A DNA stretch of 64,000 nucleotides, taken from Schmidtea polychroa (lineage: Eukaryota). A model generated the notes under the pieces. The model was not told where the DNA came from. It made no database searches and saw nothing but the letters and a program-made list of their open reading frames with translations. Shown here piece by piece: positions 12,933 through 25,900 of the stretch (the first letter of the stretch is position 1; each line of letters begins with the position of its first letter). The stretch is taken from contig CM097888.1 in the NCBI GenBank assembly GCA_044892525.1, positions 37,448,001-37,512,000 of the forward strand, in the 5' to 3' direction. The position numbers and the translations under genes were made by a program.

Positions 12933-15900
12933 TATTATTAGTCAAAAACCTAAAATAATTTTTACACACTAAGTTATGGGGTAGAGAATTATTATATGTT
13001 TGCAATATTCTGTGTTTGCCTCTACAGGAAGTTGTCAATAAGGAGCGATAATTTACAATTTTACACATACCTTGTTTAACATGGGTGTATATATTCCTAG
13101 TCTATCCGACAAGATATTCTGTCCCCCTATGGGTATTGCTAGCAAGAGTACTACTCACATTCAACATGTCGCAAGGGTATATTAATTAAGGTTAGTAAAT
13201 AAAACTTATGACACATACTATTTTTAATAATATTTAAACGATAAAAATCAAGACAAGAGAGGACAAGGCAAAGTTTATGCATTTATTATTGCCAGGCCTA
13301 ATGAGCAGTGACCAAATATCTGTGCCTGAAAGACACGGTGGATATTTGTTCGCGTCCACAAGGGTCGTCTGTGCCTCCCCCAAGTGGGGTCAGAAGAACC
13401 TGGACATTATAGTTCTCCGTACGGAACATTACGCCTAGCATGGGTAGTCAACTACCAGCACATTTGAAACGTATTAAAAATATATTTCAAAATACATGCG
13501 TCATTGGCACTATAACCAAATTAATTAATGTTTTCACTAACACAAATATATATTTACAGAGGCCTCCCACTAGTTGGATTACAACCGCCCACCACGACGA
13601 TCAGCTTGCGAATATATATTAATTAAGGGATAAAGAGGGCCCCCCAACCCTATTATATTTAATTTACAAAATAATGTTTTTAAAGGGCTTCTCCGTCAGT
13701 TTTCTCACTCTTCTGATTTTTTTCTGGAATTTGTCGGTAATCTAGCATTATTATTATTATTTAAATTATTATTATAAATATTATAATTATTATTTATTAT
13801 TTTTAAGATTTTATTCTGAGAGCAAATTCTAATAATATCAACAAATTTGTATTTATTTTAATTACTATTATCAATTACTTAGTTGGCGAAGTCCTAAACA
13901 AAGAACTCTATTGAACCATCTAATAAAACAGAATATGATCATCTTTTAAATTAATTAATAAAATATTTTTATTATGATAAAGAAATAAACCTAGTTCTTT
14001 CCGAATTTCATTTATATATCCACAGGTAATGTCAGTAAGTTGGATTCATCTATAAATTTATATCACATTTATTATTTAAAGTTAAACTACTCACTGAGAA
14101 TGACTGAGATAAAGTTTCGCAAACAATAAACTGTAGTTCTCTGGATAGAAACGAAATAATTTTCAAAAAATCCACTAAAATTTTATCATAAATAGTATTG
14201 AATAAATAATTTTGAAATTCTGTTCTAAAATAGAGTTATAAAATTATTTAATATACAAATTAACTTTACTTTGAATTTAAAAAACTAACTATAAAATTTG
14301 CTTATTATTACCAAAAATTTAATATCTTTATAAAAATATTTTCAAGTAATAATATTTATTTTATAGTTCATCATCTTTAATTAATCATTTTTACGAAAAA
14401 TAATTTAATTATAACTTGTTTAAAACTTTGTTTAAATATAAAAATAAATTTTATAGTTAGTTTTTTAAATTCAAAGTTAATTTGTATATAAAATAATTTT
14501 ATAAATTTAATGAATTGATATAAATTAAAATTAAGATTAATTAATGTTATGCTTAAATATTTTTATAAAGATATTAAATTTTTGGTAATAATTTATGTAA
14601 GAAAAATAAATTTCCAATAAAAAGTAAAATTATTTTTAAGTAATAATATTTAATCTTTATATAATCATTTTTTACGAAAAATAATTTAATTATAACTTGT
14701 TTAAAACTTTGTTTAAATATAAAAGCAAATTTTATAGTTAGTTTTTTAAATTCAAAGTTAATTTGTATATAAAATAATTTTATAAATTTAATGAATTGAT
14801 ATAAATTAAAATTAAGATTAATTAATGTTATTTACTTATGCTTAAATATTTTTATAAAGATATTAAATTTTTGGTAATAATAAGCAAATTTTATAGTTAG
14901 TTTTTTAAATTCAAAGTAAAGTTAATTTGTATATTAAATAATTTTATAACTCTATTTTAGAACAGAATTTCAAAATTATTTATTCAATACTATTTATGAT
15001 AAAATTTTAGTGGATTTTTTGAAAATTATTTCGTTTCTATCCAGAGAACTACAGTTTATTGTTTGCGAAACTTTATCTCAGTCATTCTCAGTGAGTAGTT
15101 TAACTTTAAATAATAAATGTGATATAAATTTATAGATGAATCCAACTTACTGACATTACCTGTGGATATATAAATGAAATTCGGAAAGAACTAGGTTTAT
15201 TTCTTTATCATAATAAAAATATTTTATTAATTAATTTAAAAGATGATCATATTCTGTTTTATTAGATGGTTCAATAGAGTTCTTTGTTTAGGACTTCGCC
15301 AACTAAGTAATTGATAATAGTAATTAAAATAAATACAAATTTGTTGATATTATTAGAATTTGCTCTCAGAATAAAATCTTAAAAATAATAAATAATAATT
15401 ATAATATTTATAATAATAATTTAAATAATAATAATAATGCTAGATTACCGACAAATTCCAGAAAAAAATCAGAAGAGTGAGAAAACTGACGGAGAAGCCC
15501 TTTAAAAACATTATTTTGTAAATTAAATATAATAGGGTTGGGGGGCCCTCTTTATCCCTTAATTAATATATATTCGCAAGCTGATCGTCGTGGTGGGCGG
15601 TTGTAATCCAACTAGTGGGAGGCCTCTGTAAATATATATTTGTGTTAGTGAAAACATTAATTAATTTGGTTATAGTGCCAATGACGCATGTATTTTGAAA
15701 TATATTTTTAATACGTTTCAAATGTGCTGGTAGTTGACTACCCATGCTAGGCGTAATGTTCCGTACGGAGAACTATAATGTCCAGGTTCTTCTGACCCCA
15801 CTTGGGGGAGGCACAGACGACCCTTGTGGACGCGAACAAATATCCACCGTGTCTTTCAGGCACAGATATTTGGTCACTGCTCATTAGGCCTGGCAATAAT

Positions 15901-16252
15901 AAATGCATAAACTTTGCCTTGTCCTCTCTTGTCTTGATTTTTATCGTTTAAATATTATTAAAAATAGTATGTGTCATAAGTTTTATTTACTAACCTTAAT
16001 TAATATACCCTTGCGACATGTTGAATGTGAGTAGTACTCTTGCTAGCAATACCCATAGGGGGACAGAATATCTTGTCGGATAGACTAGGAATATATACAC
16101 CCATGTTAAACAAGGTATGTGTAAAATTGTAAATTATCGCTCCTTATTGACAACTTCCTGTAGAGGCAAACACAGAATATTGCAAACATATAATAATTCT
16201 CTACCCCATAACTTAGTGTGTAAAAATTATTTTAGGTTTTTGACTAATAATA

Positions 16253-16283
<31 letters not shown>

Positions 16284-16393
16284 AGTTTAATGGGTTGTAT
16301 ATGTGTGTAAAAAATATTTTAGGTTTTTCACTAATATTTGCAATAATAATTGTTAATAGGTTGTGTATGTGTAAACCATATTTTAACTTTTTC

Positions 16394-16425
<32 letters not shown>

Positions 16426-16960
16426 CTCCCGCGCGTGTTAATACTTTGAAAGAAAATATTGAAAATTCAAAAAAAATAATAATAATATTTATGCAAAGCA
16501 TGTGCAATAATTATATCTTTGTTAAATAAGTCAACTTTAGTGTCAAAATAAGTTTTTTAAAATATATTTAAATTTTAAAATACCGCAACGTAATATATTT
16601 TTGTCCTATCCCTTCATTGATTTAAGTTGGTCAGAATTTAATAATAATTTTAATTTTAATAATGAATAATAATAATACTTTGAAAATAATTTACGACATG
16701 TTGAATGTGAGTATTACCTTTGCGAGCAGTACATTAGTAACCTTTACCTTTGCGACCATTACCCAATGTGTTAATAAATTTTAGTGTATATTTAAAGTAT
16801 AATATTTAGAATTTCTTTATTAAAGTTTTGTCTTGAATATTTTTAGCAGTACATTTGTGACCTTTACCTTTGTGACCTTTACTTTTGTGACCATTACCCA
16901 TAGGGGGACAGAATATCTTGTCGGATAGACTAGGAGTATATATAATTATAATACTTTGAA

Positions 16961-16994
<34 letters not shown>

Positions 16995-19900
16995 TCTTGT
17001 CGCATGTGTGGACACTAATAAGATTTTTTATACATTGTGTGTAATAAAGTTTTAGCAGTATCTTTGTGACCATTACCCGTAGAGGAACAGAATATCTTGT
17101 CTGATAGACTATATATATGATAATCCAAAGTATGTGCAATAATCTTATTTTGTCTACTTAACCATCAAAATAAGTTTTTAAAATAAATTTAAATTTTAAA
17201 ATACCGCAACGTAATATATTAAAAAGTATGATGAGTCATGTGTGTCTTTGTATGCAATATGTCTTTGTTATATAAAATTGAATATAAAGATGGGGAAAGA
17301 TGGTTTGTAAATATGTCAATACAGGGATATAAAATAGATGAGAAAGATGTCATATCACCGATTTGGAAATTAGATAGTGATCGAATTTCTCTAGGATTTT
17401 AATAAATGTTTAGTTTTTAATACATCTTTTAATATGTCTTTTAATATAATTATTTACTATGAGTTAAGTATAGATGAATAATTTGTATTTTTTAAAAGTT
17501 GAAAATATGTGTGTATGTAAAAGTTGGCTGAAAAATACATTGTTTAAGGTGTTATGATTATGAATTTGAAGTAAATATTGATGTCATCTTATAGAGATTA
17601 AAATTCTATCTATATATTGTTTGAGTGAAAATATCTCAATTTGTTTAAAAAGATGTGTAAATTTAAAAATCGTGTACTAAAAATGAAATTTCAGAATTTT
17701 GATTACATCATAGTCTCATTTAACAGAGAATTAAATTTCAAGTATAATGACATAAAAAATTCTTATAAAAAATTAAAATCAATGACGTAATCGATGTTTT
17801 AAAAAAAATTTTAAATTATTACGTAATCGATGATTAAAACAAAAAATAAAATTATTACNNNNNNNNNNNNNNNNNNNNNNNNNNNNNNNNNNNNNNNNNN
17901 NNNNNNNNNNNNNNNNNNNNNNNNNNNNNNNNNNNNNNNNNNNNNNNNNNNNNNNNNNNNNNNNNNNNNNNNNNNNNNNNNNNNNNNNNNNNNNNNNNNN
18001 NNNNNNNNNNNNNNNNNNNNNNNNNNNNNNNNNNNNNNNNNNNNNNNNNNNNNNNNNNNNNNNNNNNNNNNNNNNNNNNNNNNNGTGCACATGGATCTAG
18101 AGTGCACATAACTACCTACTGACGAGCAATCTCTCGTTTTAGAATTTGTACCGATTGTAGATTTCTTCGATTCTTAAAGATTTCAGATGCTAGTAGAACA
18201 AGAATTACTGAATTTTTATCCTAATAATGTTTATTGATGTAATTAGTTTTAAATATTTCGTAGCTTCAGCAAGTAACACTATAAACGAAATATTATGTTA
18301 AAATCTTGACAATTCTTACAACCATTCCATTGTCTGTGTCTATGATATCAACATTTTGAAAGCTTTCTTTATAGATGAGGAAGATTAATGTCGCATAACT
18401 GATGATTAAATCTGACTTTTTCTTAGTAAAAAATGTTGAATAATTTACAGTACTAACTCAGATTAAAAACATCTTACTAAAGACTTTGAAGGTGTTATAT
18501 AATACCGAGAATTAAAATTTGTTTAGATTGACTTTCAAAATATTTGGATAAATGTACAGATTGTCGTTAATGTCATGCAGCAACCTTTATGAGTAACTCT
18601 GTATATTGAAATCAAAAAGGCGGACAATTGATTCTAAAATCGTAACATTTCATAAGAAAATAAATCTTTAGATATATACTTTCCATTATGAAATAAAATA
18701 CCTTTAAATATTTTTAGGTAACTAAATTATACATAATTATTTTTGATTATAGTTCTACACTTCTTAAATAACAACTATTAAAACCAAAGCACGCCGTTTT
18801 CTTAAAATTATATTGTGAGAGTATTATAGCATTCACAATTTACATTGAAGTGTGTTTCACTTTTCAGTCCATCTGCGAAAAATCCTTTTGGATATCATAT
18901 GATAACTCCTTTTTTTGGTGCTATATATTCATACTCATAGATTTCCCGTATTTTCAATAATTTACATGTATCAATTGTAATAGTGTTGGTTTTTTTATTT
19001 TTTAATTTATTTTACGAATTTTGTGAATTTTAATGAAATATAGCAACTTGAAATTTGAAATAACGAATTTATAATATTTTTTTAGCGGATTTTAATGTAG
19101 ATTAAAATTTTGAATGAATAATTTTTATTGGAATTTTAAAAAATTAATCTTCCGTTGGGCATTTTTTCGAGAAATATTAGAAAATTTCTCAATTGGTAAT
19201 TAATTATTCTTGGGTTGTTTGAATAATTTAATAAAATTGAGATTAAAATATAAATTTCCCAGCCATTTTATAAAATCGATAGATAATCTATAGAATGTGC
19301 ATTATTTTTCTTTTTTTTAGATGATGATAAATCAATACGTCTAATTTAATCAATGTATTAATGGTAAAAATATTTAATAAATGATATAATAAGCTTTTGC
19401 TGAAAGTTACAAGTATTATTAAAATATAAAAATTTTAAACAATGATATCTTTCCTCAAACAGATTTAGAAAATAACTACCTATAACTAGTTGTGTAATTG
19501 ACGAATTTGTTTTTTCAGCTACATTATCTGCCTTTTCAATAAATCTTAATTTTAAACTCAAGGCCATACAAAATATTTTCTTCAAAATTCTAAAGAATAA
19601 TCTTTAAATTTTGCCTTCCAATGTGATTTTCTCTATTTCTCATAAGTTGAACTCTGGGAAGTTTATTATTGTCGTTAAAGTTTTGGTACGAAAAATTTCT
19701 GACGAGAACTAATAGTTACTAAATTTGGAATGAGAAAAAGTTTGGTAATATATTTTAATTTTATTATAATGAACTAGCCCTTATGCTGCCTTTCGTTTTT
19801 GTTAATAAAAAAACTATTAAGAATGTACTTTAAATATTATTCTGATAGAAAATATATAATGTCTTCATTAAGTCATTTACATTTATTATTTTTTTAATTA

Positions 19901-22900
19901 TTGATTTTGGTAAATTCTGTCAACGGGAAATGTGTTTGTTAGATTTTGTCAAAACATCTTCGCTTAGTTCAAAATCATAAGCCATTTAGTAATCCAAATA
20001 TTTATTAAAATAAATATATCTCAGATATATCTAGGAATATATAAACAAATTAAAAACGACACTTTCTTTTTTATTTAATTTTACCTAATGTTCAATAAAG
20101 TTTTTTATTATTATTTTATTATTAAAACGTTTTTCTTAACTTGCTTTCTTGTATGTTTGGGTCAAATCTTTCGATCGAATTTTGAAGCACTTCCCATAAT
20201 CCAATTTCACTTAAATTTTGTATACATGCTTTCTTTCGATGACAACACAATATTTTAATACTTTCAGAACTTAATTATACTTAACCGATCTGTTTTAGGT
20301 GAAAAACGCACGTATGGCGCAACGCATTCATATTTTTATAAATTAATAAACATATTCTTCTTTTTAGTCCACAAGAAAAACGTTGTATTCTAAACAATTT
20401 TTTACATATATTACTATAAATTACAACATTCAAAATTTTAAAATATAAGTTAAAATACTTTAATTTATATAAAAATCTTTTTATCTAATTTATTTAGTTT
20501 AAAACTTAATTTTAATGCCCTTTGATGATTATGGTTTTTAATTAGATTTTTGTGCCACGTATAAAACATATATCTCTTTGTAACTTTCAATGGAAGTGCA
20601 TCTTATTTGCTACATATTCATATAATTAAATTTTTGAGCTACATTATTTGAATCATTTAATTGCATTTTGAATTATGTTGTAATTTAATAATAATCAAAT
20701 ATACAGGTATTTTTTGCATTTGAGTCAGATCCTGGAGGTCCATTATCAAATTGTGTAAGACTTGATGAAAGAAGCGCTGGTTGGATTATGTTTGAATGTG
20801 GGCTAGAAAATTTGACATTAAAAGGGGTCAGAAAAAGAGGATTTCCTGATAGTGTTGATGACTATTCGAAAGTGAGATTATATTATTTTATTCTTGTAAA
20901 TATTGTATCGTTTTTAAATAAAATTCGAATAATAATCTTGGAATAAATTATGTCATAGAAAATATATGTTTTAATACTTAGTTGCATTTAAATTAAAAGT
21001 ACATGGATCCCCTAATTTACATAATAAGTAGATTCCTTAGAGTATTATGTAAATTGGAACAACAAGTACGAAATAAAAAATGTGTACCGAATTTTTTTGG
21101 AATTATAGGACGCACTATTTCTATTTTATTTTAAATCTGCGATGCGTCTTATATATAGAGGGTAGAAATGGGATAAATAAATGGTAATTATTTTTTATGT
21201 TAAACATTATATATTCATATATACTAGTTGCATGAATATTCACGGAAGTAAAGTTATTTGCCTATTTATATAATAATTGCCATAATATATAGATCAATAA
21301 AAATATAATGGTATTGATTGATAATGAACAAACGGACGTTTTTTGTCTACCTACATACTGATTCGGTCCACCACCAAACGAAAAAATAATATGAGAATCT
21401 TGAAAACAAAAAGAAAACAAGAAAACTTTTCTTAGAAATTTACCAAAATTTTCTGAATTAAAATTATAGTTGAAAAATTGGGTCATAAATCGCAGAAGCA
21501 TCCATGTTTCTATTCAGGGATTGCATATTCGAAATTCGAGAATTCCGGAATTCGTTTTCATAAATATAATTTCGAAAATTTCCCAGCGAATTCCGAATTT
21601 AAAATTTATTTTTTCGTGTTATCTCCAACTTGTAAATTGTGTTTTCGTTCTGTACATATTAATATTCTACATTCTAAAAAAAGACAATGCAAAATTACAG
21701 TTATTCTTCATAATACAAGTAGACATAGAGTAAACATTTCTAAATTGCAGCTTAACATTTAAACGGTTTCATTTCTTCATTTCATATCCATATGTAATAA
21801 TAATAAATGTAAATTACATTATGTAAATCACATTTATTACATTATGTAATGTAGCATAAAGTTTCACACAACATTTTATATTTCGTATAACTTCGTGTTC
21901 GTGTCTTATATTTACGATTTGCAATAGTGTTGAGATTTGTTTAATCGAGTATAGTGTATATTGACATATTTGGACTTTGTTTTCTGTACAATCATCAATA
22001 TTTTTTAAATAGGTAAGTAAATAATAGCAGTTTTAATTTAATAATTAAATTATTTTTATTAGAATATCCCAAAATGTCATCAAAAGAAATTTATTCGGAA
22101 TACACAAAGCAATTTAAAATTCTGTTTGGATTCATTTTTTGAGAGGATCAAAAAAACTAACAGCAAAATGTAAAATATGTAATGAAATAGTAAAAACTTC
22201 TGGTTCAGCGACAACACCGCAGCACACGCATTTAAGAACAATACACAATATTAATGTATTAAAACGTGATTTCGTGCAAGATAAAGTTCCAGAAAGCAAC
22301 TCATCAAAAATGGTGATAACAAATTATTAAGTCAACAAAAAAGATGAACAACTTTCTGCAATTGTATCACGAATGTGTGCCTTGGATAATATGCCATTCA
22401 AAGTCTTTTGTACGTCTATCGATTTGAGAAATTTATTTTTGGCTAGAGGCGCTCAAGATTATGTACTACCAAAATCACCTAACTCATTTCGCAAAATGGT
22501 TTTAGAATACCCACAAAAATGCGTGCCAAAATGATGCAGGATTTAATTAATTTCAAAGAAGATGGAACACGATTTTGCTTAACTATAAATGAATGGACAT
22601 CATCAAGAAACCGATGTTATTTAAATGTGAATGTCCATGGCAAGAAACAGTTTTGGAATTTAGGTTTAGTTCGTGTTGAAGGACGTTTCCCTGCAGAGAA
22701 ATGCATTACGGCCCTGAAAACCACATTGCAAGACAACAATCTAAATATTACGTCCATAACAACTGATGGGGCATCTGTGATGCAAAAAGTTGGGCGGCTT
22801 TTACCATGTAATCAGCAGTTGTGCTTTGCACACGCGATACATTTAGCTGTAGTTAATGTTCTGTATAATAATTCGAATGCAACTGATAAATTGGTGGCTC

Positions 22901-25900
22901 ACACAGATACAGAAAATGTTAGTTTAGAAGAACAAGGAAGTGACTTCGAGAAATCAGAGGATGAGGAATACATTGATGATGAAAGTGTTGGCTTTATTGA
23001 ACAAATTTATATTGAAGCTGAGCATGTTGAGACTGAAGAATTTGGATTTAGTTTTCTCATCAAAAAAGTTCGTTCGATTGTAAAGAAATTTCGTTTTTCG
23101 AGAACATCGAATGATATTCTTCAAGTATATGTGAAACAAGAATTTGGTAAAGAGTTGAAACTTATTATGGACACTAGAACTAGATGGAATAGCTTAGTTG
23201 AAATGCTTGAAAGATTTAACCAACTAAAAAGCTGTGTTAGAAAGGCATTGATTGACATTGCGTCTGATATCGTTATTCTAGATGCTGAAATTTTCTCGAT
23301 TAACAACATGATCTCTGCACTTCTCCCAGTGAAGCTTACTGTTGACGCCCTTTGTCGAGAAGATGCAAATCTGCTTTCTGCTGATGCAGCATTGTCTTTT
23401 ATACTTGAGAATTTTGGATCTGATGAACTTTCACTAAAATTGAAGAACAAATTAGAAAACCGAATAACCCAAAGGCGAACAAATGTGTCTGGAACTCTTC
23501 AGTATTTACACAATGGCGAAAAAGTGAGATTCACGAATCTTTCACTAGACCATTGAAAAATACAATTGCCAAAGTTGAAAGCTTTGCACAAAGATTGATA
23601 TTTAACACTAACATGGAAACTTCCTCAGGCGAGCAGTCAGAAGCTGAAGATGTGGAAGAAGTGATGTCGGAAGAAAAACCAATCCCCAGTCGTTAATGTA
23701 AAAGTTGCAGAACAAAATTCAATTGAATTTATCGTCTAACATACCTTCCAGCAAAACTCAATAAATAACAAATCGGTGCTTAATTTCAAAAATTAAATCT
23801 GAAATGAAATTTTTTGAAGAAAACGGCGTTCGTGGCAAAATATTAGAGTCTGTCGACTCATTTTTGATTTTGATTCCGCCATCGAGCGTGGAGTCCGAGC
23901 GAGCCTTCTCAATTGCAGGTAACATTTGTACAAAAGTTCGATCGAGACTCGGAGATACATCTTTAAGTGATCTCTGCTTCCTTAAAGCATATTTTAGGCA
24001 AACACAAGAATAATTTTATATTTTTTATTATTAAATGATATGCCATATTAGAATGTTTCTGTACTAATTGAATTTGTGTACAATACATTTATGTTTATAT
24101 TTAATTTTGAATGATATAATTTTATGTTCCATTTTTATTTTAAAAAAAGTAATATTATGCAATAAATAACAATAAATTATCTCAAATAAGTTATTTTTAT
24201 TATTTGTATAGACTTTAAAAAATTAACAATATTTCGGAATTCAATCGAATTCCGAAATATTTAACTTGCGAATTTCGAATTCCGATTTTTTTATTTTCCT
24301 CGAAATTTGCAATCCCTATTTCTATTTCCATCAAAATCAGTGGTGGTCAACCTAAATGATCTTGCGGGCCACTTTGGAAATGCATCATAACTCGGTGGTC
24401 AACATATAAACATATTAATCCTCATATTAGATTTAGATACATAGGCATTTTTGGAGTGAAAAATTGAAACATGAGTTATTGTTATTGTGTTTACTATTAT
24501 TCTTATATGTTAACATAGATAATATAATAATAATGATACTAAACGTGCATTGTAAAGAAATATATAACACTAAAAATATAAATATAAATGAAATAAAAAA
24601 ATTAAATCATTAAAAAATATTTATTTTTCTAGTGCAATATTTGTTTCTCCACTCCTTCACTTAGCTTTTGCAAATCGATCTCAATTTTGGGTATTTGTAC
24701 ATACTAAACACGCACTTTAAAAAACTGTTACGACCACACGCACAAGAAAACCGAAACTTGCGAACACCAGTTCAATACTGTCCTGTTCAAGGATTCGCGC
24801 CAGTGCATTCACTGAAATGAACTAAACACAGAGCCTTATTTTGCTAGCATGTGATTGTCATACATACACTAAGTCCTGTGATCCAATCGGCATTGTTTGC
24901 TGTCGGCAGCTTTTCACAAGTGCATTATAACTTTTGTTTACTTCATTTTACGGACAATACAATGAAAAATGTTTGCTTATTGATATAATTAGAATGTTTA
25001 AATTATTCCGGCCATTATAAAATAAATATTTTTTGTAAAAGTGTGATGAATCTTGCAGGTTGAAAAAATATTCAAGGTGGGCCGCGGGTTGGCCGTCCCT
25101 TATCAAAACGATAATTATTGAACCGAAACGGTGGGAAGTTTCTAACGAAGTTGTGAATTTCAAAAGAACACTTTTCTAGTCATTTTGATTTATGAAAAGA
25201 AATTGACTTACCACTTTTTCCAAAAAATACTATCGTATTATGAAGCTAAAAATTGAATTCCATAAATTTACAAATAGAACTGCTAACAATCACAAGAGTT
25301 TGTATATGGATAACCAATTTCTGGAATATTATAAAATAAAGAAAATTATAAAATCATTTAAGAAATGTGATATAAATATAAGATCATTTGATTTTTGAAA
25401 AGGGTGACTATTCTGGCGTAACTGGTTACTTTCAAAGTAATGAGACGTGTGACTAGTTTCGTTAATAATTATTCATTTTTAAAATAATATTATCTTATAA
25501 ATTTTAGTGCGCCTTATATACGAAATAATGTAACGTAACCTGTTTTTTTATAAAATACCGATACAACATTTGTACATATTAATTTTTAAACTTTAACACC
25601 TTATAAATCGGAAAAAAGATGTAGTTTTTCCGAAGCAGGTCGTTTTGGCACAGGAAATATTTCTATAAATTAAAAACCGTTCAATAAATCCTGTACAATT
25701 TAGGAAAATGACAAAAAAAATAAAAGTTTGATAAATCCGTGTTTATTAATCCATCAAAAAATTATTCTGGTATCTGCTGCGATGTATTTTCTGCGCTTTA
25801 CAGGTGGCTAGTCTCCATGAACTAATTGCTCATATACAAGGTCACGCCCTTTTTGAACATCTCGAATTCCGTCTATAAATTTCTAAATGTTTGGGTGATC

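Larger units (their letters stand above)
11076..18120. mobile_element. Near-palindromic non-autonomous element with Polinton/Maverick-type ends
   Basis: Begins AGTAGGTAGTTATGTGCAC and ends GTGCACATAACTACCTACT. Flanked by a direct GACGAG at 11070-11075 and 18121-18126 (6-bp TSD). Inverted arms are 11076-14341 and 14844-18120, identical wherever I compared them. No protein-coding signature. AG...CT termini with a 6-bp TSD are the established Polinton hallmark. Confidence 0.75.

Noticed and set aside
12060-13140. CRISPR-like array
   Set aside because: Eukaryotic context, irregular spacing, only three copies and no cas genes.
12046-13622. Short ORFs in the palindrome arms (and mirror copies at 15563-17139)
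   Set aside because: Low-complexity (TTA)n-derived or motif-free; their duplication only reflects the inverted repeat.
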